From Octopus vulgaris (taxonomy: Eukaryota): a stretch of 64,000 nucleotides of DNA. Below are positions 38,671-52,598 of the stretch, one piece after another. A program made the position numbers and the translations under genes. The stretch covers positions 37,014,001 through 37,078,000 of the forward strand of contig OX597839.1 in assembly GCA_951406725.2 (NCBI GenBank). The letters are read 5' to 3'. The notes under the pieces were generated by a model. The model saw only the letters and a list, made by a program, of their open reading frames with translations, did no database searches and was not told where the DNA came from. Position 1 is the stretch's first letter. Each line of letters opens with the position of its first letter.

Positions 38671-39602
38671 TGGAGAACTGGCTCATGTAGTAATGTAGAA
38701 TATGGCTAACTAGGAGCAAGTAAACAAGATATTCATGGAAAATAAGAGTAAATAAGAACAAGTAAGAATAACTACTGCAGGTGGACATAGCCAGGTGCAA
38801 ATATGCATAACTAGTTGTAACTGGAGGAAGAAGTCAAAACAGTGTAAGAATTCTGATCATCAAACATGAAGCAAATTTTCCCAGGAGTTAAACCACAATC
38901 AACAGATAAATGCTCCAGCTGAGGCCCTTCTAAACAAATGATCCAGTAGATGGCACCTCACATCAGTGAGGGAGGTGTGGGGGTGTTGTAAAACCATTGG
39001 GAGAATGGCTCCAAATGGTATGTGTTCGCTCTTGATGATCCCTGAAACCTACTGACATCCAGTATTGGCATCTAGTCTGCAAAAAGCAAGACGTCTGCAA
39101 GTCTCTGTAGAACATAAACACCAGCTAGCATGAATATTTAATCAAACAATTTATATACTTCGAATTTGTATTAATTCCTGTTTAATAGATTCTGTCAATT
39201 TGAAATACTCCACTTCCCCAATATTATACAAAGTTAACTTAATCTAAAACAGCAGTTCCACTTTTCTTTTCTCTTTCGCTTTTTAGTTTCCTTTTCATGT
39301 CAAACAGAATGATTATTTTGACAGAAACTCAATAGTCAAACAGTCCTTCATATTTGTATTTGGGTTTTAGTTTCTTTTCTTTCAATTACAAAAGATTAAT
39401 TATTATGTTTTCTGAACTCCAATGAATATTTCAATACGAGATTATGGATTATGTTGCTGAGGCAATGTGAGTGAGACTTAATGGATGAAGGAAGCAACCT
39501 CCCGAAGGGGTGAAAGAAACCGACCTGACCATCTGCTTTACATACATATGTATGTATATGTGTGTGTATATATATGTTTGCCTGCATGATTGCATGTATG
39601 TA

Positions 39603-39674
<72 letters not shown>

Positions 39675-39851
39675 AGTGTGTGCATTCAGCATATTGGCAT
39701 AGAAATTTTTTCCTTTGCCCTTATTTATAACTATATATATATATATATATATATAAAGCTAAAAAATAAGGTTCTACTCCCATGAGCAAATGTGCAAAAG
39801 ATATGCAGCAAAATATATATACATATATGCATATATATATGTATATATGTG

Positions 39852-39897
<46 letters not shown>

Positions 39898-39956
39898 TAT
39901 ATGCATATATATATATATTCACACACACATACATATATACACACACACACACAAAT

Positions 39957-39987
<31 letters not shown>

Positions 39988-41030
39988 CATATGTATATTT
40001 ACACACACGTATGTATATGCACATATAAATTCAGGCACACATACACACACACACACACACATCACACCAGAAGCAATCACCTTTGATTGAAAATTATTTC
40101 TCATGTAAATATCAAAGCTCACATGTGTCAGACTCAGTGTTTCAGAATTTCTCTTACAGAGGTTCCCCCTCCATATATTTTCCTCCCAGTTTGTTGAAAT
40201 GATATATTCAATACATTTATTTGTTAAGACATTTCATGCCAGTATTAAGAAAACTACAAGGAAAAAAACAAAAAAATAGCGAGAAAAAAAAAGAACTCTT
40301 TCCCCAAACCTGGGAATCTAAAGCAAATATCTCGGCATCTTACATATTGACTTAGTATATATCTTGTTTCCTTCTTGGTTTGTGTTTTCTTAATGTAGAA
40401 CACAAGCAAAGGTATCTTCTGAAAAATGAACTGTCATGTCTACTTCCAGTGATGTGGAAAAAAAAAAACACTTGTTTGTTGTAAATGAAAAACAAATATT
40501 ACATAGAAAACAAAAAAAAAAAGCTAAAACTTTAAAAAAATCACTTAAGATCAAAGGAAAACCATCGAATACAGATAGAGATTGCAAATATAATATGTAA
40601 ATCAGCCAACTAGAAAGAACAGTTATATAGATTGAACCGGAAGTAAAGATAATTTGCTGTGTTTAATTTCGCTGTATGTGTGTTCCGCTTGTAGTTAATC
40701 ACTTAGTTGTGGCATGTGGTTGCACACATATTACTCATAAGCACACACACACACACACACACACATGCATACATACAGGTACATACGTATAACATAAATT
40801 AATGATTTGGTAAAGAGACTGATAAAATAAGCGATAGACTTCAAAAAAGAGAATAAACACAGGGGTCAGTTTGTTTGACTAAACCTTTCAAAGGGGACAC
40901 CCCACCATGGCTCCAGGCCAACAACAAAAGTAAGAAAAGAAAAGTTACACACACACACACACACACACACTCACTCTCTCTCACACATGCACACACACAC
41001 TTTTGCACACATACACACATGCATATATAC

Positions 41031-41190
41031 ATCGATGTCCAATATTTTAAATCTGGGTTTGTCCCCGTTAAAGGGGGTAGCTGAATCTATCTCACTCTTA
41101 CCACAACCGCTCTCACACCATCTTGCTTGGTTTGGAGCGTTGTCCCTCCTCAAGCCAACCCGCCCAATCGCCTCCTCCACATTTCTGATT
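41031..41190 (-). mobile_element. Short RTE-like LINE 3' end
   Basis: ..VEEAIGRVGLRRDNAPNQARW.. followed by a tail CAGCTACCCCCTTTAACGGGGACAAACCCAGATT. Confidence 0.5.
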
Positions 41191-41629
41191 AACATAAAAT
41201 TTCCAAATGACTTGGGATAAATATTGCATTAAATCAATTCGGTGTAAATTAATTAACTATGTATCTTAATTACATAATTGTGGAATTAACGATGTTTATT
41301 ACTAATTATCCACACTATTTATAAAATTTATGTTGTGTTGAAAATATAGTAAGATTGCCTTAGAGCAACAAATTAGCTGCCAAGACAAGCTAAAACACAA
41401 AGGTTCTACTCCCGTGAGCGAATGTGCAAAAGATATGCAGCAAAATATTATACATATACATAGAGATATGTATGTGTGTGTGTGTGTGTGCATGTGTGTG
41501 TGTGTGTGTGTATCGCATTGTCGTTACCACCATTGTTTTAGCATCCACTTTTCCATGGGGCAGACAAAGATTTTATTGATACAAATTTTTTGGTTCCCAG
41601 ACACATTGTTGCAGAGTACTGGAAATGAA

Positions 41630-41790
41630 TGTGTGGTAAGTATCTAGTTTACCAACCACATGGTTCTGAGTTCAGTCCCACTGCGTGGCACCTTGGGCAA
41701 GTGTCTTCTTCTATAGCCTCAGGCTGACCAAAGCTTTGTGAGTGGATTTGGTAGACAGAAACTGAAAGAAGCCCATCGTATATATGTATG

Positions 41791-41883
<93 letters not shown>

Positions 41884-41910
41884 TTGTGTGTCTGTGTTTG
41901 CCCCCCGACC
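41630..41910 (+). mobile_element. SINE family A, 3'-truncated
   Basis: Head through the internal microsatellite matches 8900-9125. Confidence 0.85.
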
Positions 41911-42074
41911 CCTACTATTGGAAGAGGGGCCTTGCAAGTCTACCAGATTGATAGAAGAGCATTGCAGAAAATGAAGGAGAGTATATTTTAGATTAAAAAA
42001 GAACTTTGTTTATCTTAGTTATGAAAAATAAAAGAAATATAAAAAACCACATTATTTATGGGAAGACCCAATAC

Positions 42075-42800
42075 ATATATGGCAATAAAATGTAGACGGC
42101 TGGCTGGATGGATTCTCAGAACCTTTAGAACAAGAGAACAAGAAACCATGATGGTCCTCTGGAGGACACTTGTCCTAAGCCACTTTGACTATTGCTCTCA
42201 GTTATGGTCACCATCCAGTGTCAAGTTGATCACAGAGCTCGAGGCGATCCAGCGTAGCTACACGAAGAAGATAGCCTCTATGCAGAATGTAAGCTACTGG
42301 GAAAGACTCAAGAGATTAAAACTATATTCCTTGGAGCGTAGGCAGGAAAGATATGCCATAATATACATCTGGAAGATCCTGGAGGGATGTGTCCCAAACT
42401 TTGGCATCGAGAGTTACACAAATGCCAGAACTGGGCGCCACTGCGTGGTGCCTAGGACTCCAAATTTGCCATCAAGATGTAGGACAAGATACTGTGATAG
42501 CCTGGGCTTCCGTGGCCCACAGCTCTTCAATATCCTCCCGAAGAACCTGAGAGACCTGCATGGAGTGGATGCAGATGTCTTTAAAATGGAACTGGATCTC
42601 TTCCTGTCAGGTGTCCCAGATGAACCAACTTCATGGCAGGAGGTGCAGATGAGGGCAGCTGCATCGAACTCTCTCATGCACCAAATGGCAGTTGCTAAAA
42701 AGCTTTCGTGAAGTAAAACCAAGTAGCAACACCAAATGGCGGTGCCCCAGCATGGCCACAGCTCATGAGCTGAAACTAGAATCAATCAATCAATCAATCA
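42075..42800 (+). mobile_element. 5'-truncated CR1-clade LINE (RT thumb/C-terminus, 3'UTR, (AATC)n tail)
   Basis: ORF 42058..42711: GWILRTF..LWRTLVLSHFDYCSQLWSP..LEAIQR..YWERLKRLKLYSLERRQER..PQLFNILP; no internal stops; tail AATCAATCAATC. Confidence 0.92.
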
Positions 42801-45192
42801 TATATATATCTATATACTTATTTGCTTACACATACACACACGCACATATATATTTGCTTACCTATACATATTTGCTTGTGTGTGTGTGTGTGTGTGTTTG
42901 TGTGTACACCCACATATATATATATATATATAAAGAAAATACAGATTATTATAGAAGTTGAGTAATAGAGTAATACTAGTAGTTTATGTAATACAGAACT
43001 CTAACAATATTCATTTGTAGTCACAGATAATGATTCAGTTTCTAAAGCATATAGTGGTTTGATTGAAAACCCCTTTATATTAGGACACAATCAACATAGA
43101 TACACTTTTAGAAATCATAAAATATAATCAAAGAAATATTATCTGAGTCCATTTAGAATTGACAAAACATAAATAAAAGAAACTTTTTAATCTTTTGAAA
43201 TATATTAGAACAAGTCAAAACAGACACATATACTTTGTATAAACACATGTGTCTGTTTTGTATGATCTTTTCATCTCAGCAAAGCTTTACAAAAGTTTCT
43301 TGGTTATTCTATCCATTATGCTTGTTCTAAACTTACATATTTTTATCAAAATAAATTCAAATATTTCTGTAGTAATATTTCAAAACACCTGACAGTTACA
43401 CAGCGTATAAGTCCATATGAGACTATCAAATGCTTCCAACTAATTAAAACACTTTGTTTACAAACTTCTTTAGTATTTTGTTTATATTCAAATGCTGCTA
43501 ATTTCATACGAAAGTAAGTTCTTTTATTTCTATTTTTATCGTTGCCTGACGATCAGAAACACGGAAACCAAAGTTGTGATTTATGAGGTATCAGATTCAA
43601 ATATCATGTGTGTGAGTGTGTGTGTTTGTGTGTGTGCATGCATGCATGTGCATGTGTGTGTTTGTGATTGAATAATTCAAGATAACAGTCAATATAAATC
43701 AGGTTTTAGTCCATTAAAAGTTCTACTGGAAAATAATCTACGGCCAAAACTGTAGAGACAGGAGTTCTACAAGTGTATTTATAACAGCAGCGGAGAGTGG
43801 CTGCAGCATCTTGCTGGGATTCAGCCAGTTCTCTTACTAGTACACATCTATCCTCATTTATCACAGTTGATTGGTCCCAAAAAACAACACTGTAAAATGA
43901 ATCGGTAATAAATGTACAATAGAACAACAAGAGGACAAAATAAGCTTCATTCCACAACACCCCAAGCTGTCTCCCTAACTTACCTAAATAAAACCTCCAA
44001 ACAGCTTTTCATCAACCACTTGTCTCCAGAACTCCATCTTGTGCCCTGCTATTGGTAGGTTCGCTCTTCATTAAACCGAAGTCTTCAATCAGCTGGTTGA
44101 TAAATGTTCTGGCAGCACAATCCCCTGGGTCACTCTCCTCCTACATCAACATTTGACTCTCTACTTCATCCTTACTACAAAAGCAGTCACCAGAGAATCT
44201 CAGACTCCTTTCCTTTATGATGGCACCAAACATTTTTTAGACACACATATTGATATTGTTTCACGATTTAAGTAATATTTAGAGTAAAATCCAATAACAT
44301 ATGATAAGTAAATGAAAATATGACAACAGAAAGTACTTTTTCTGTTCACTGGTAGCATGTTTATGGGTACAACAATGTAAATCTGTATAAAAATATGCAG
44401 ATTTGTAAGACAGTGATGTAAACATGAGTGACGATCAGTGCACTGTGTGTTGCTGAGCATTGTAGATGGTTTGTCATTGGGTGCACTTTTGCAGTTCAAA
44501 CAGAATCTTTGACTGATTGCTGACCCATTGATATCACAGATCAATTTGTGATAAGCGTAACTTGGTTCACAATTGAGCTTACTGGATTATCCTCGATAAG
44601 TGATGGATGAATAAATGATAGAAAGAGGATCAATGAACCAAAAAAATGATTTACGAAAAATAATAATGCTCTTCCTCATAAAAATATCAGAACAATAAAA
44701 ATTAATACAAAACATTAAAATGTAACAATACCTTTCAATAGGACTTTTAACTTGAGCAGAATAGTGAGTGGCATAGTCTGGAGATGACACGTTAATTTAT
44801 AGTGTTTGGTCAGGTTTCTGTACAGTTCATTCATCAGATTCTTAAATCTTGTCAGATACTGTTTTTCTATTGATAGAAAGAGAAACAAAACAATATTTTC
44901 TTACAATTACCACACTACATATTTCAGATATGTTGCAAAAAGGTTTATTTTGTACAACACTTATTTTAGGCATAATTAACTATTGTGTTTAGTTGTGTAT
45001 AAGTTGCACTATCTTAGATTGGGATATGACTTATACAGAGAGAAAACTATGGAGGGAAAATGTTTTGTACCAATATTTAATACTAAATTAGAGGAGTGAC
45101 TTATACACAGGTACAACCTATACACAAATAAATATGTTAACTAAAATAAATTGTCAACAAAGCAACAGTTGTTCAAAAGTAACAAATCAGTT

Positions 45193-45541
45193 ACTCTTTT
45201 ACTCGTTTCAATCATTTGACTGTGGCCATGCTGGAGCACTGCCTTTTTAGTTGAGCAAATCGACCCCAGGACTTATTCTTTGTAAGCCTAGTACTTATTC
45301 TATCAGACTCTTTTGCCAAACCGCTAAGTTACAGGGACGTAAACACACCAGCATCGGTTGTCAAGCGTACATATATACAACGAGCTTCTTTCAGTTTCTG
45401 TCTATCAAATCCACTCACAAGGCTTTGGTTGGCCCGAGGCTATAGTAGAAGACACTTGCCGAAGGTGCCATGCAGTGGGACTGAACCTGAAACCATGTGG
45501 TTCGTAAGCAAGCTACTTACGACAGAGCCACTCCTACGCCT
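45193..45541 (-). mobile_element. SINE family A with internal deletion
   Basis: Reverse complement of 8889-9312 lacking most of the microsatellite segment. Confidence 0.88.
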
Positions 45542-46029
45542 ATAAACTCAATACATCAAGTGATGAAGTATGGTTGCTTGCTACATTCCTCTCTGTGGCC
45601 AGATTATATGACATTCTATCTTTGATGAGGATCAAATAGATTTAAAATTAGATATTTTTTCTATCACAATATACTGACAGCTCCACACTACAGATATAGC
45701 AGAGAATGACTACTGTTTAGTGCATAATATATATATAACCATGCAGCTTCTTTACAGTAAGAAATTTGTTCTATTCTAGTCCCTTCTCTCATATTTTATC
45801 CCCTCATCCCTAAACATAAAGCTGCTTTTCTCTACTATGGTCCCACTCTGTCACAGGGGACCTTAATCTTGTAGCTACATAGTAACATCACCAGTGCTGG
45901 TGCCATGAAAAAGCACCCAGTACACTCTATAAAGTGGTTGGCATTAGGAAGGGTAGCCAGCCATAGAAACTATACCAAAGGAGACCTTGGAGTACGATGC
46001 AATCCTTGAACCCATTGTATCCTTTAAAT

Positions 46030-46293
46030 CATCAGTCCTCAAACATTTTTTGCCTATGGACCCCTTTGATTTCTGTTTTACTCTTCTGAACCTCCACAAC
46101 CATTTACTGTAAATAAATATTTTTAAAAAACCCTTATTGTATTTTTATAATTAAAAAATTTTTAAGAATTGTATAAAAAATTTTAATATTTTTTGTGTTG
46201 TAGGAGTATAGTAAATGTATTGCACATAGATTTTAACAACAAAATCTTGTATGGAACCCCAAAGGCAAAATGGACCCCAGTTGAAAAGCACTG
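46030..46293. mobile_element. hAT-type MITE nested in a family C SINE (45890-46350)
   Basis: 8-bp TSD CTTTAAAT at 46022-46029 and 46294-46301; right TIR GTTGAAAAGCACTG. Confidence 0.8.
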
Positions 46294-46375
46294 CTTTAAA
46301 TCATGCCACCTAGGCCATCATGGAACAGAGGTAATAAATGTTGATGGTGATGCATATAGATGTTTTATCACTTTT

Positions 46376-46678
46376 ATCTCTTACTTGTTTCAGTCATTGG
46401 ACTGTGGCCATGCTGGGGCACAGCCTTAAAGGGTTTTAGTCAAAAGGATCAACCACGGTACATATTAAGTGCAGTGACTTATTGTATTGCTTTCTTTTCT
46501 TGAACTGAGATATATGAATATATATGACAGGCTTCTTTCAGTTTCTGTCTACCAAATCCACTCACAAGGCTTTGGTTGGCCCAAGGCTATAGCTGAAGAT
46601 GCTTCCCTAAGGTGCCATGCACTAGGACTGTACCCAGAACCACGTAGCTAGGAAGCAAGCTTCTTATCACACAGCCAT
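46376..46678 (-). mobile_element. SINE family A, diverged and deleted
   Basis: Tail and head blocks both recognisable. Confidence 0.8.
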
Positions 46679-47120
46679 TTCGATAGACAAATATAGTATT
46701 TCTTGTGTGAACAGTTAGATGTACAACAGCAAATGATGAGTTTACAACTCTATTTTGAGTATCATTATCCTGTCTACTTCCAGTAGAGTGGTTTGGTTAC
46801 TGCTGTTCTTAGCAATGTTACTGGTTATGATATAGAGAGCAAATGTAGAAAAGAATATGATAAACACAGGATGCAGTTGACATCGTTTTTGCTTCCTGCA
46901 AATGTTTCGCTACTGTGGTTATTTGCATCTTCTGCAGTTGGTGTTTGAAGTGCAGGTGGATGCTGAACTGCAACAGTTCTCTAGGGAAACACTTTATTGC
47001 ATTCTGTTTACACAGAATCAAATGTTTATCAGACTTTTCATATAAATACATACATTCATACATACATACATGCATATATACGCTTATACATACATACATG
47101 CATCCATTCATCCATCTATC

Positions 47121-47167
<47 letters not shown>

Positions 47168-47318
47168 GTATGTAAGATGTATGTATGTATGGATGGACAG
47201 AAGGATGAATGGATGTATGTATGTATGTATGTATAAGCGTATATATGTATGTATGTATGTATATAAATAAGATGTATGAATGTATGGATGGATAGATGGA
47301 TGAATGGATGTATAAGCG

Positions 47319-47352
<34 letters not shown>

Positions 47353-48066
47353 TGAATGTGTGTATGTATATAAATTTATATGCAAAGTATTTCAACAATT
47401 CGTATTTTTTGAAGAATAAATACAAATCAAGAGAAACCGAATGGTGCCTATAGTTGAAACTCTACGAACGAATTGCATTCTTGAAGGTAACAAAGTAAAA
47501 AAAAAAATGAGGCAGGAAAAGAATAGTTGCAGAAAGTTAAAGTAAAAATCAATAACCTTTTTTATAACCTTTTCCTTCCTTTCCTTTTTTCATTCTTCTC
47601 TCACAAGATAACAGATTTTCCAATAAAAAAAATTAATGACTAAAATATTCTAAAAAAAGACACAGCAAGAGACTTTGTTCAAAATATTTTTTCCAATTGG
47701 TTTGGTTAAATATTTATAACAAGAACAACAATAAATGAAATGTGTAAGATATGGCTTCAATGGTGTGGAGGTTATCAACCAAATAAATGTATGGCGTACT
47801 GTCTTGAACCTCAGCAACACGGAGGGGTTGGAATATAATAATGTACGGTATTCTTTGCAGATACCATTACGTTCTTATATTCAATATTGTTTCAAACAAA
47901 ATTTGCTTAGCACTTTTGTAAACAAACAGACGGGAGGAATATTATTATGAATGCAAACATAAGACTGGAAGAAGAAGTAAATTTATGGTCTGAAAAATAA
48001 AAAGTTAGACATACGTCTATGCTTCTAAGTGTATGTGTGTGTATGTATATATGACTATACACAAAT

Positions 48067-48099
<33 letters not shown>

Positions 48100-48189
48100 C
48101 AGATACAGGCATATTTATACATGTATATGCCTATGTGTGTGTATACACATACATACATACATACATACATACAAACATACATACATACA

Positions 48190-48254
<65 letters not shown>

Positions 48255-48519
48255 CACACACATACACATATGAGTGCATATGGGGGACAGCTCTTCAGCA
48301 AAGACATGATGCATTGTAAACAAAACTATGCACACATATATAATGGTCTACTAAAACATGTGACCTACCTTAGTAATTCAATACATACATACATACATAC
48401 ATACATACATACATACATACACACACACAGACACACACATACATACATACATGCATGCATACATACATACATACATACATACATACATACATACATACAT
48501 ACATACATACATACATACA

Positions 48520-48551
<32 letters not shown>

Positions 48552-49026
48552 CATACATACATATATATCCATCTTATGCAGTAAATTCTGGTGAAGAAGC
48601 AAAACTTTACACACACCTCAGTATGCTCAGCATGATATAATTTGATAATTTGAGAATTCGTATATAATTTGTCAATGTTCACAATTACACTAACTTACTG
48701 AAAGGCTGCAGCAAGAGAAACCTGGAGGAACACACATGAAATGTTTATTGCAGCTTTCATGATTTTGAGATGCTAAATTATAAAATAAAACATTGATCTT
48801 TGATGTTGTATGAAAATAGTTTCAAACCCACACACATATGCTCAGTGAGAAGATGCCAGTTCGAGCTTAGAATGGAAAGGAACCAAGTTAGTGCTTGGGC
48901 AGATGGAGCTCTTAAATTGCAACTTCTTAATCAGAGTAAAGTACTCCAGGAGCTGATGAGTTAGCTAGAAGGAGGGCAAAGTTCGAATAAATATCAACAT
49001 AGAAAGATGAACAAATAATTGCAGGT

Positions 49027-49390
49027 ATCATCATCATCATTGTTCGACCGTGGTCGAGACAATGGAATTTACTATGTTACGCCAGACTTCACGGTCCATC
49101 ATAGCATTACGGAGGTCCTGTTGCTGGATGCCTGTATCCCTGGAGATTACATCAGGGTAGGAGAGTGTGCACCCTCTGGTATTGCGAGCAGATGGCTTCC
49201 AGAGGAGAAGAGTAGAAATTACTTCTTTTTCAGCTCTACAACAATGTCCAGCAAACTGGACTCTCCTACCTTTCACAAGAGATGACACAGGTGGTAGTTT
49301 CCCATATATTTGCATTTTGGTTGGATGGCGCTTCCACGAGAGATTTTGAGCTCTCATAAGGAGGCGAGTGTAGGTTCCATCCAACCGCCG
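49027..49390 (-). mobile_element. 5'-truncated LINE 3' end (RTE group) with (TGA)n tail
   Basis: DGTYTRLLMRAQNLSWKRHPT..RRVQFAGHCCR..LLLWKP..AMMDREVWRNIV; stop followed by TGA repeats. Confidence 0.8.
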
Positions 49391-49787
49391 AACACATTTA
49401 TATGAGATATTACATATATCTCACAAGGCATAAATATATCTGTACAGCTGTTTCAGATATTCAGTGAATGGTTGATATTATAGGACATATTATGGAAGCA
49501 GGTGTACATTATGAGGCAATGTTACTCAAAAGCATACAACCAAAATATTATCAACACATAAGGCTATAAAACTGATGGTTTAAGTTTTGCCTAGCACGAC
49601 AAGTAGTTTGACAAGAATCATAGGCACCTGAGTTATATATATATATTATATTAAATTAGAGATAAAACCACTATTAGGCAAATCATACAATGAAAAACTT
49701 AAGCCAATACATAAGATTAATTTATTTATATTATTTTAAATATATCAAAATTATTAAAAAAAAGATATATATATATATTTGAATTAG

Positions 49788-50125
49788 TCATCATCATTGT
49801 TTAGCATCTGCTTTCCATACTGGCATGGGTTGGACAGTTTGATTGAGGACTGGTAAGCCAGTAGACTGCGCCAGGCTCCAATCTGATCTGGCAAGGTTTC
49901 TACAGCAGGACGTCCTTCCTAACACCAACCACTCCGAGAGTGTAGTGGTTGCACTATTTACGTGCCACCGGCACAAGAGCTTGTTAGGTGGCACTGGCAT
50001 CGACCATGATCAGATGGTGCTTTTTATGTGCCACCAGCACAGGAACCAGTTGGAAGGGACTGGTATCAAACACATTCAGATGCTGTTTTTTTTATGTGCC
50101 ACCAGTGTGGGGAGCCAGTCAGGTG
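49788..50125 (-). mobile_element. SINE family C copy with tandem sub-repeats
   Basis: Colinear with 30181-30445; three TTTATGTGCCACCAGCAC units. Confidence 0.82.
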
Positions 50126-50137
50126 GAAATAGCATCA

Positions 50138-50168
<31 letters not shown>

Positions 50169-50354
50169 GAGTGCCCAGACACATCTTCTTTACCATTTTT
50201 CACTCTTCTCCCAAGTAAGGTAATCATGTATCTCTCCCACAGCAACACACTAACTCCTGTCTCCTGGTATACAGCCACCTTCATCAATACTACTGCGCCA
50301 CTCACTGGTGGGGGATCATGTCTTGTGAGTTACTTGGTGGCTTCACTGGTTTCA

Positions 50355-50562
50355 GTCCAACGTAAAAAGCATCCAGTACACTCTGGGAAGTGGTTGGCAT
50401 TAGGAAGGGCATCCAGCCATAGAAACTATGCCAAGGTAGTAAGTTGAGTCTGGCATAGTTTTCTGGCTTGCCAGCTCTTGTCAAAGCATTCAACTCATGC
50501 CAGCATGGAAAGCAGACGTTCAATGATGATACTGATGATGATGATGATAATGATGATGATGA
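50355..50562 (+). mobile_element. SINE family C copy, opposite orientation
   Basis: CGTAAAAAGCATCCAGTACACTC..GTGGTTGGCATTAGGAAGGGCATCCAGCC..CATGGAAAGCAGACGTTCAATGATG. Confidence 0.82.
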
Positions 50563-51055
50563 TATATATATATATATCCGTAAAGGCATATATGTGTGTA
50601 TACAGAGACTAATTACTTTATCAGACATACAACAATAGCAACAAGATTCCATTGCTTTATTGCTTTAAAGCCATCAAATGTCTCCATTTTATGGATTTAA
50701 TGTTTCCATCTTTCCAAACCAAATTCTTCCGGAATATTTCAGAAATCTGACCTATAATACAGGTCAGATTATATATGTTATATATTATAATATTATAGTA
50801 AATCATAGATTTTAATAGCCTGAATGGACAGGAGGCAGTTCATTGTTTTTTTTGACCACATGGTATTAGATGTGTGTGTGTATGTAAGTATGCACATAAA
50901 TTTCTCCACACATACTTACACACACACATGCACATATGCATACACTGAGACACACATACATATATACATACATATATACTTAGTGTATTTGTGAGATCAC
51001 CAACACGATAACAGGTGAACAAAGTAAAGGAAAACAGAACTTAGCATATTTGATA

Positions 51056-51108
<53 letters not shown>

Positions 51109-51129
51109 AGTGTGTGTGTGTGTATGTAT

Positions 51130-51304
51130 GTGTGTGTGTAGATAGCTATATAGATGGACAGATTTATGAAATAGATAAATAGATAGATATATAGATAGAT
51201 GGTGGGATGGAAGGATGGATGGATAGAAGGATGGATGGCCGGATGGATGGTCAGACAGACAGACAGACAGATAAATAGATAGATAGACATGTAGGTAGAT
51301 AGGT

Positions 51305-51403
<99 letters not shown>

Positions 51404-51450
51404 CAGACAGAAATAAAGACAGATTGATAGACAGATAAGATAGGTAAATA
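51130..51450. repeat. (GATA)n/(GACA)/(GATG) microsatellite
   Basis: Direct inspection. Confidence 0.95.
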
Positions 51451-51737
51451 TAAGTAACCCAATGCATGTAACCAATATGTGTTGCTTGACTGACCTATAA
51501 CCTTATTTTAGGTACCACCCTTGTGTGTGTTCATGTACATATATAGTCAGACCGACAGACAAATAGATAGACACCTAGTGATGACTGTCAGAAGAAAGAG
51601 TTCTCAATATCATAATAGAGATTAATATTTTTACTTTAGTTAAGTCAGGCTCTTGCTACTCTGAGTTTCACCTTTGAGTGCACAGACAAAACATAGAGTA
51701 ACAAGAGACTGACTCAACCAAAATAAATTTCATATAT

Positions 51738-52036
51738 GCTGAGACCCCATTTGGTCATGACTGACCATGGTATTGCACCTAGAAAGTTACTCTCCCAGGC
51801 ACAAGTCCAGGCAAAGTTGTTTATGGAAGACCAGCAGTCGCCCATGCATACTGGCCTCCCCACACTACGCCACCAGTGTTATCCAAGGGAAAAGCCAAGG
51901 CTGATACAGCTTGGCACCTGTGACATCGCAACTCATTTCTACAGCTGAGTGAACTGGAGCAACATGAAATAAAGTGTCTTGCTCAAGAACACAACACGCA
52001 GCCCAGTCCGGGATTCGAACTCATCACCTCACGATC
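51738..52036 (-). mobile_element. CORE-type SINE (head B2 + distinct tail T2)
   Basis: Minus strand GAGTTCGAATCCC..TTCTTGAGCAAGACACTTTATTTCATGTTGCTCCAGTTCACTCAGCTG, then a tail unrelated to 28130-28317. Confidence 0.8.
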
Positions 52037-52039
52037 AAG

Positions 52040-52553
52040 CCATTGTTTACGTTTAACATTTCTATAGAAGATCCATTTTTCATCACCTGTCACAAGTCTA
52101 TCCAAAAAGGGTGAGATGAGTTTGCAAGAATGGAGAGAAGAGCAGATGTTAACTCGGGATTTGTGGTTGCTTTCAGACAATTCATGAGGCACCCATTTTC
52201 CAAGTTTAGGAACCTTTCCAAGTTGTTGAAGATGATGATGAACAGTTGTATGGTTTGAACTAAGCTTTATTGCCAATTCTTCAACTGATAAAGCAGGATT
52301 TTCTTCAAGTAATGCCTCAAGGAGATTATCATCAAACTCAACTGGACGTTCTGTTCGAGCTTCATCTTCAAGACTGAAATCTCCACTTCTGAATTTTGCA
52401 AACCATCTTCAGCAAGTTCTTTCATTCAAGCATTCTTTCCCTGCCATGACACTGCATCCTTTAAGGCCCTCATGCTTCCCAAAATCCGTCGAAACTACAC
52501 CTGATTATATATACACTTTAGATGAGTTGTAGTGCACCTGAGCACTGTACACA

Positions 52554-52598
<45 letters not shown>

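Noticed and set aside
42058-42711. Host protein-coding gene (217-aa ORF)
   Set aside because: It is a 5'-truncated CR1 ORF2 end with a retroposon tail; the ATG comes from flanking sequence.
43543-43575. Hammerhead at CTGACGATCAGAAAC
   Set aside because: No convincing stem II, stem III or stem I. Similar failures at 15003-15030, 24517-24555, 44805-44840 and 58155-58185.
43950-44580. L1/Tx1-like LINE remnant with a CxxC motif (RFCLNCK)
   Set aside because: Too decayed to assign without a homology search.
44900-45140. Tigger/pogo-like MITE (repeated GACTTATACA)
   Set aside because: Only one end is suggestive; no matching TIR pair or TSD could be confirmed.
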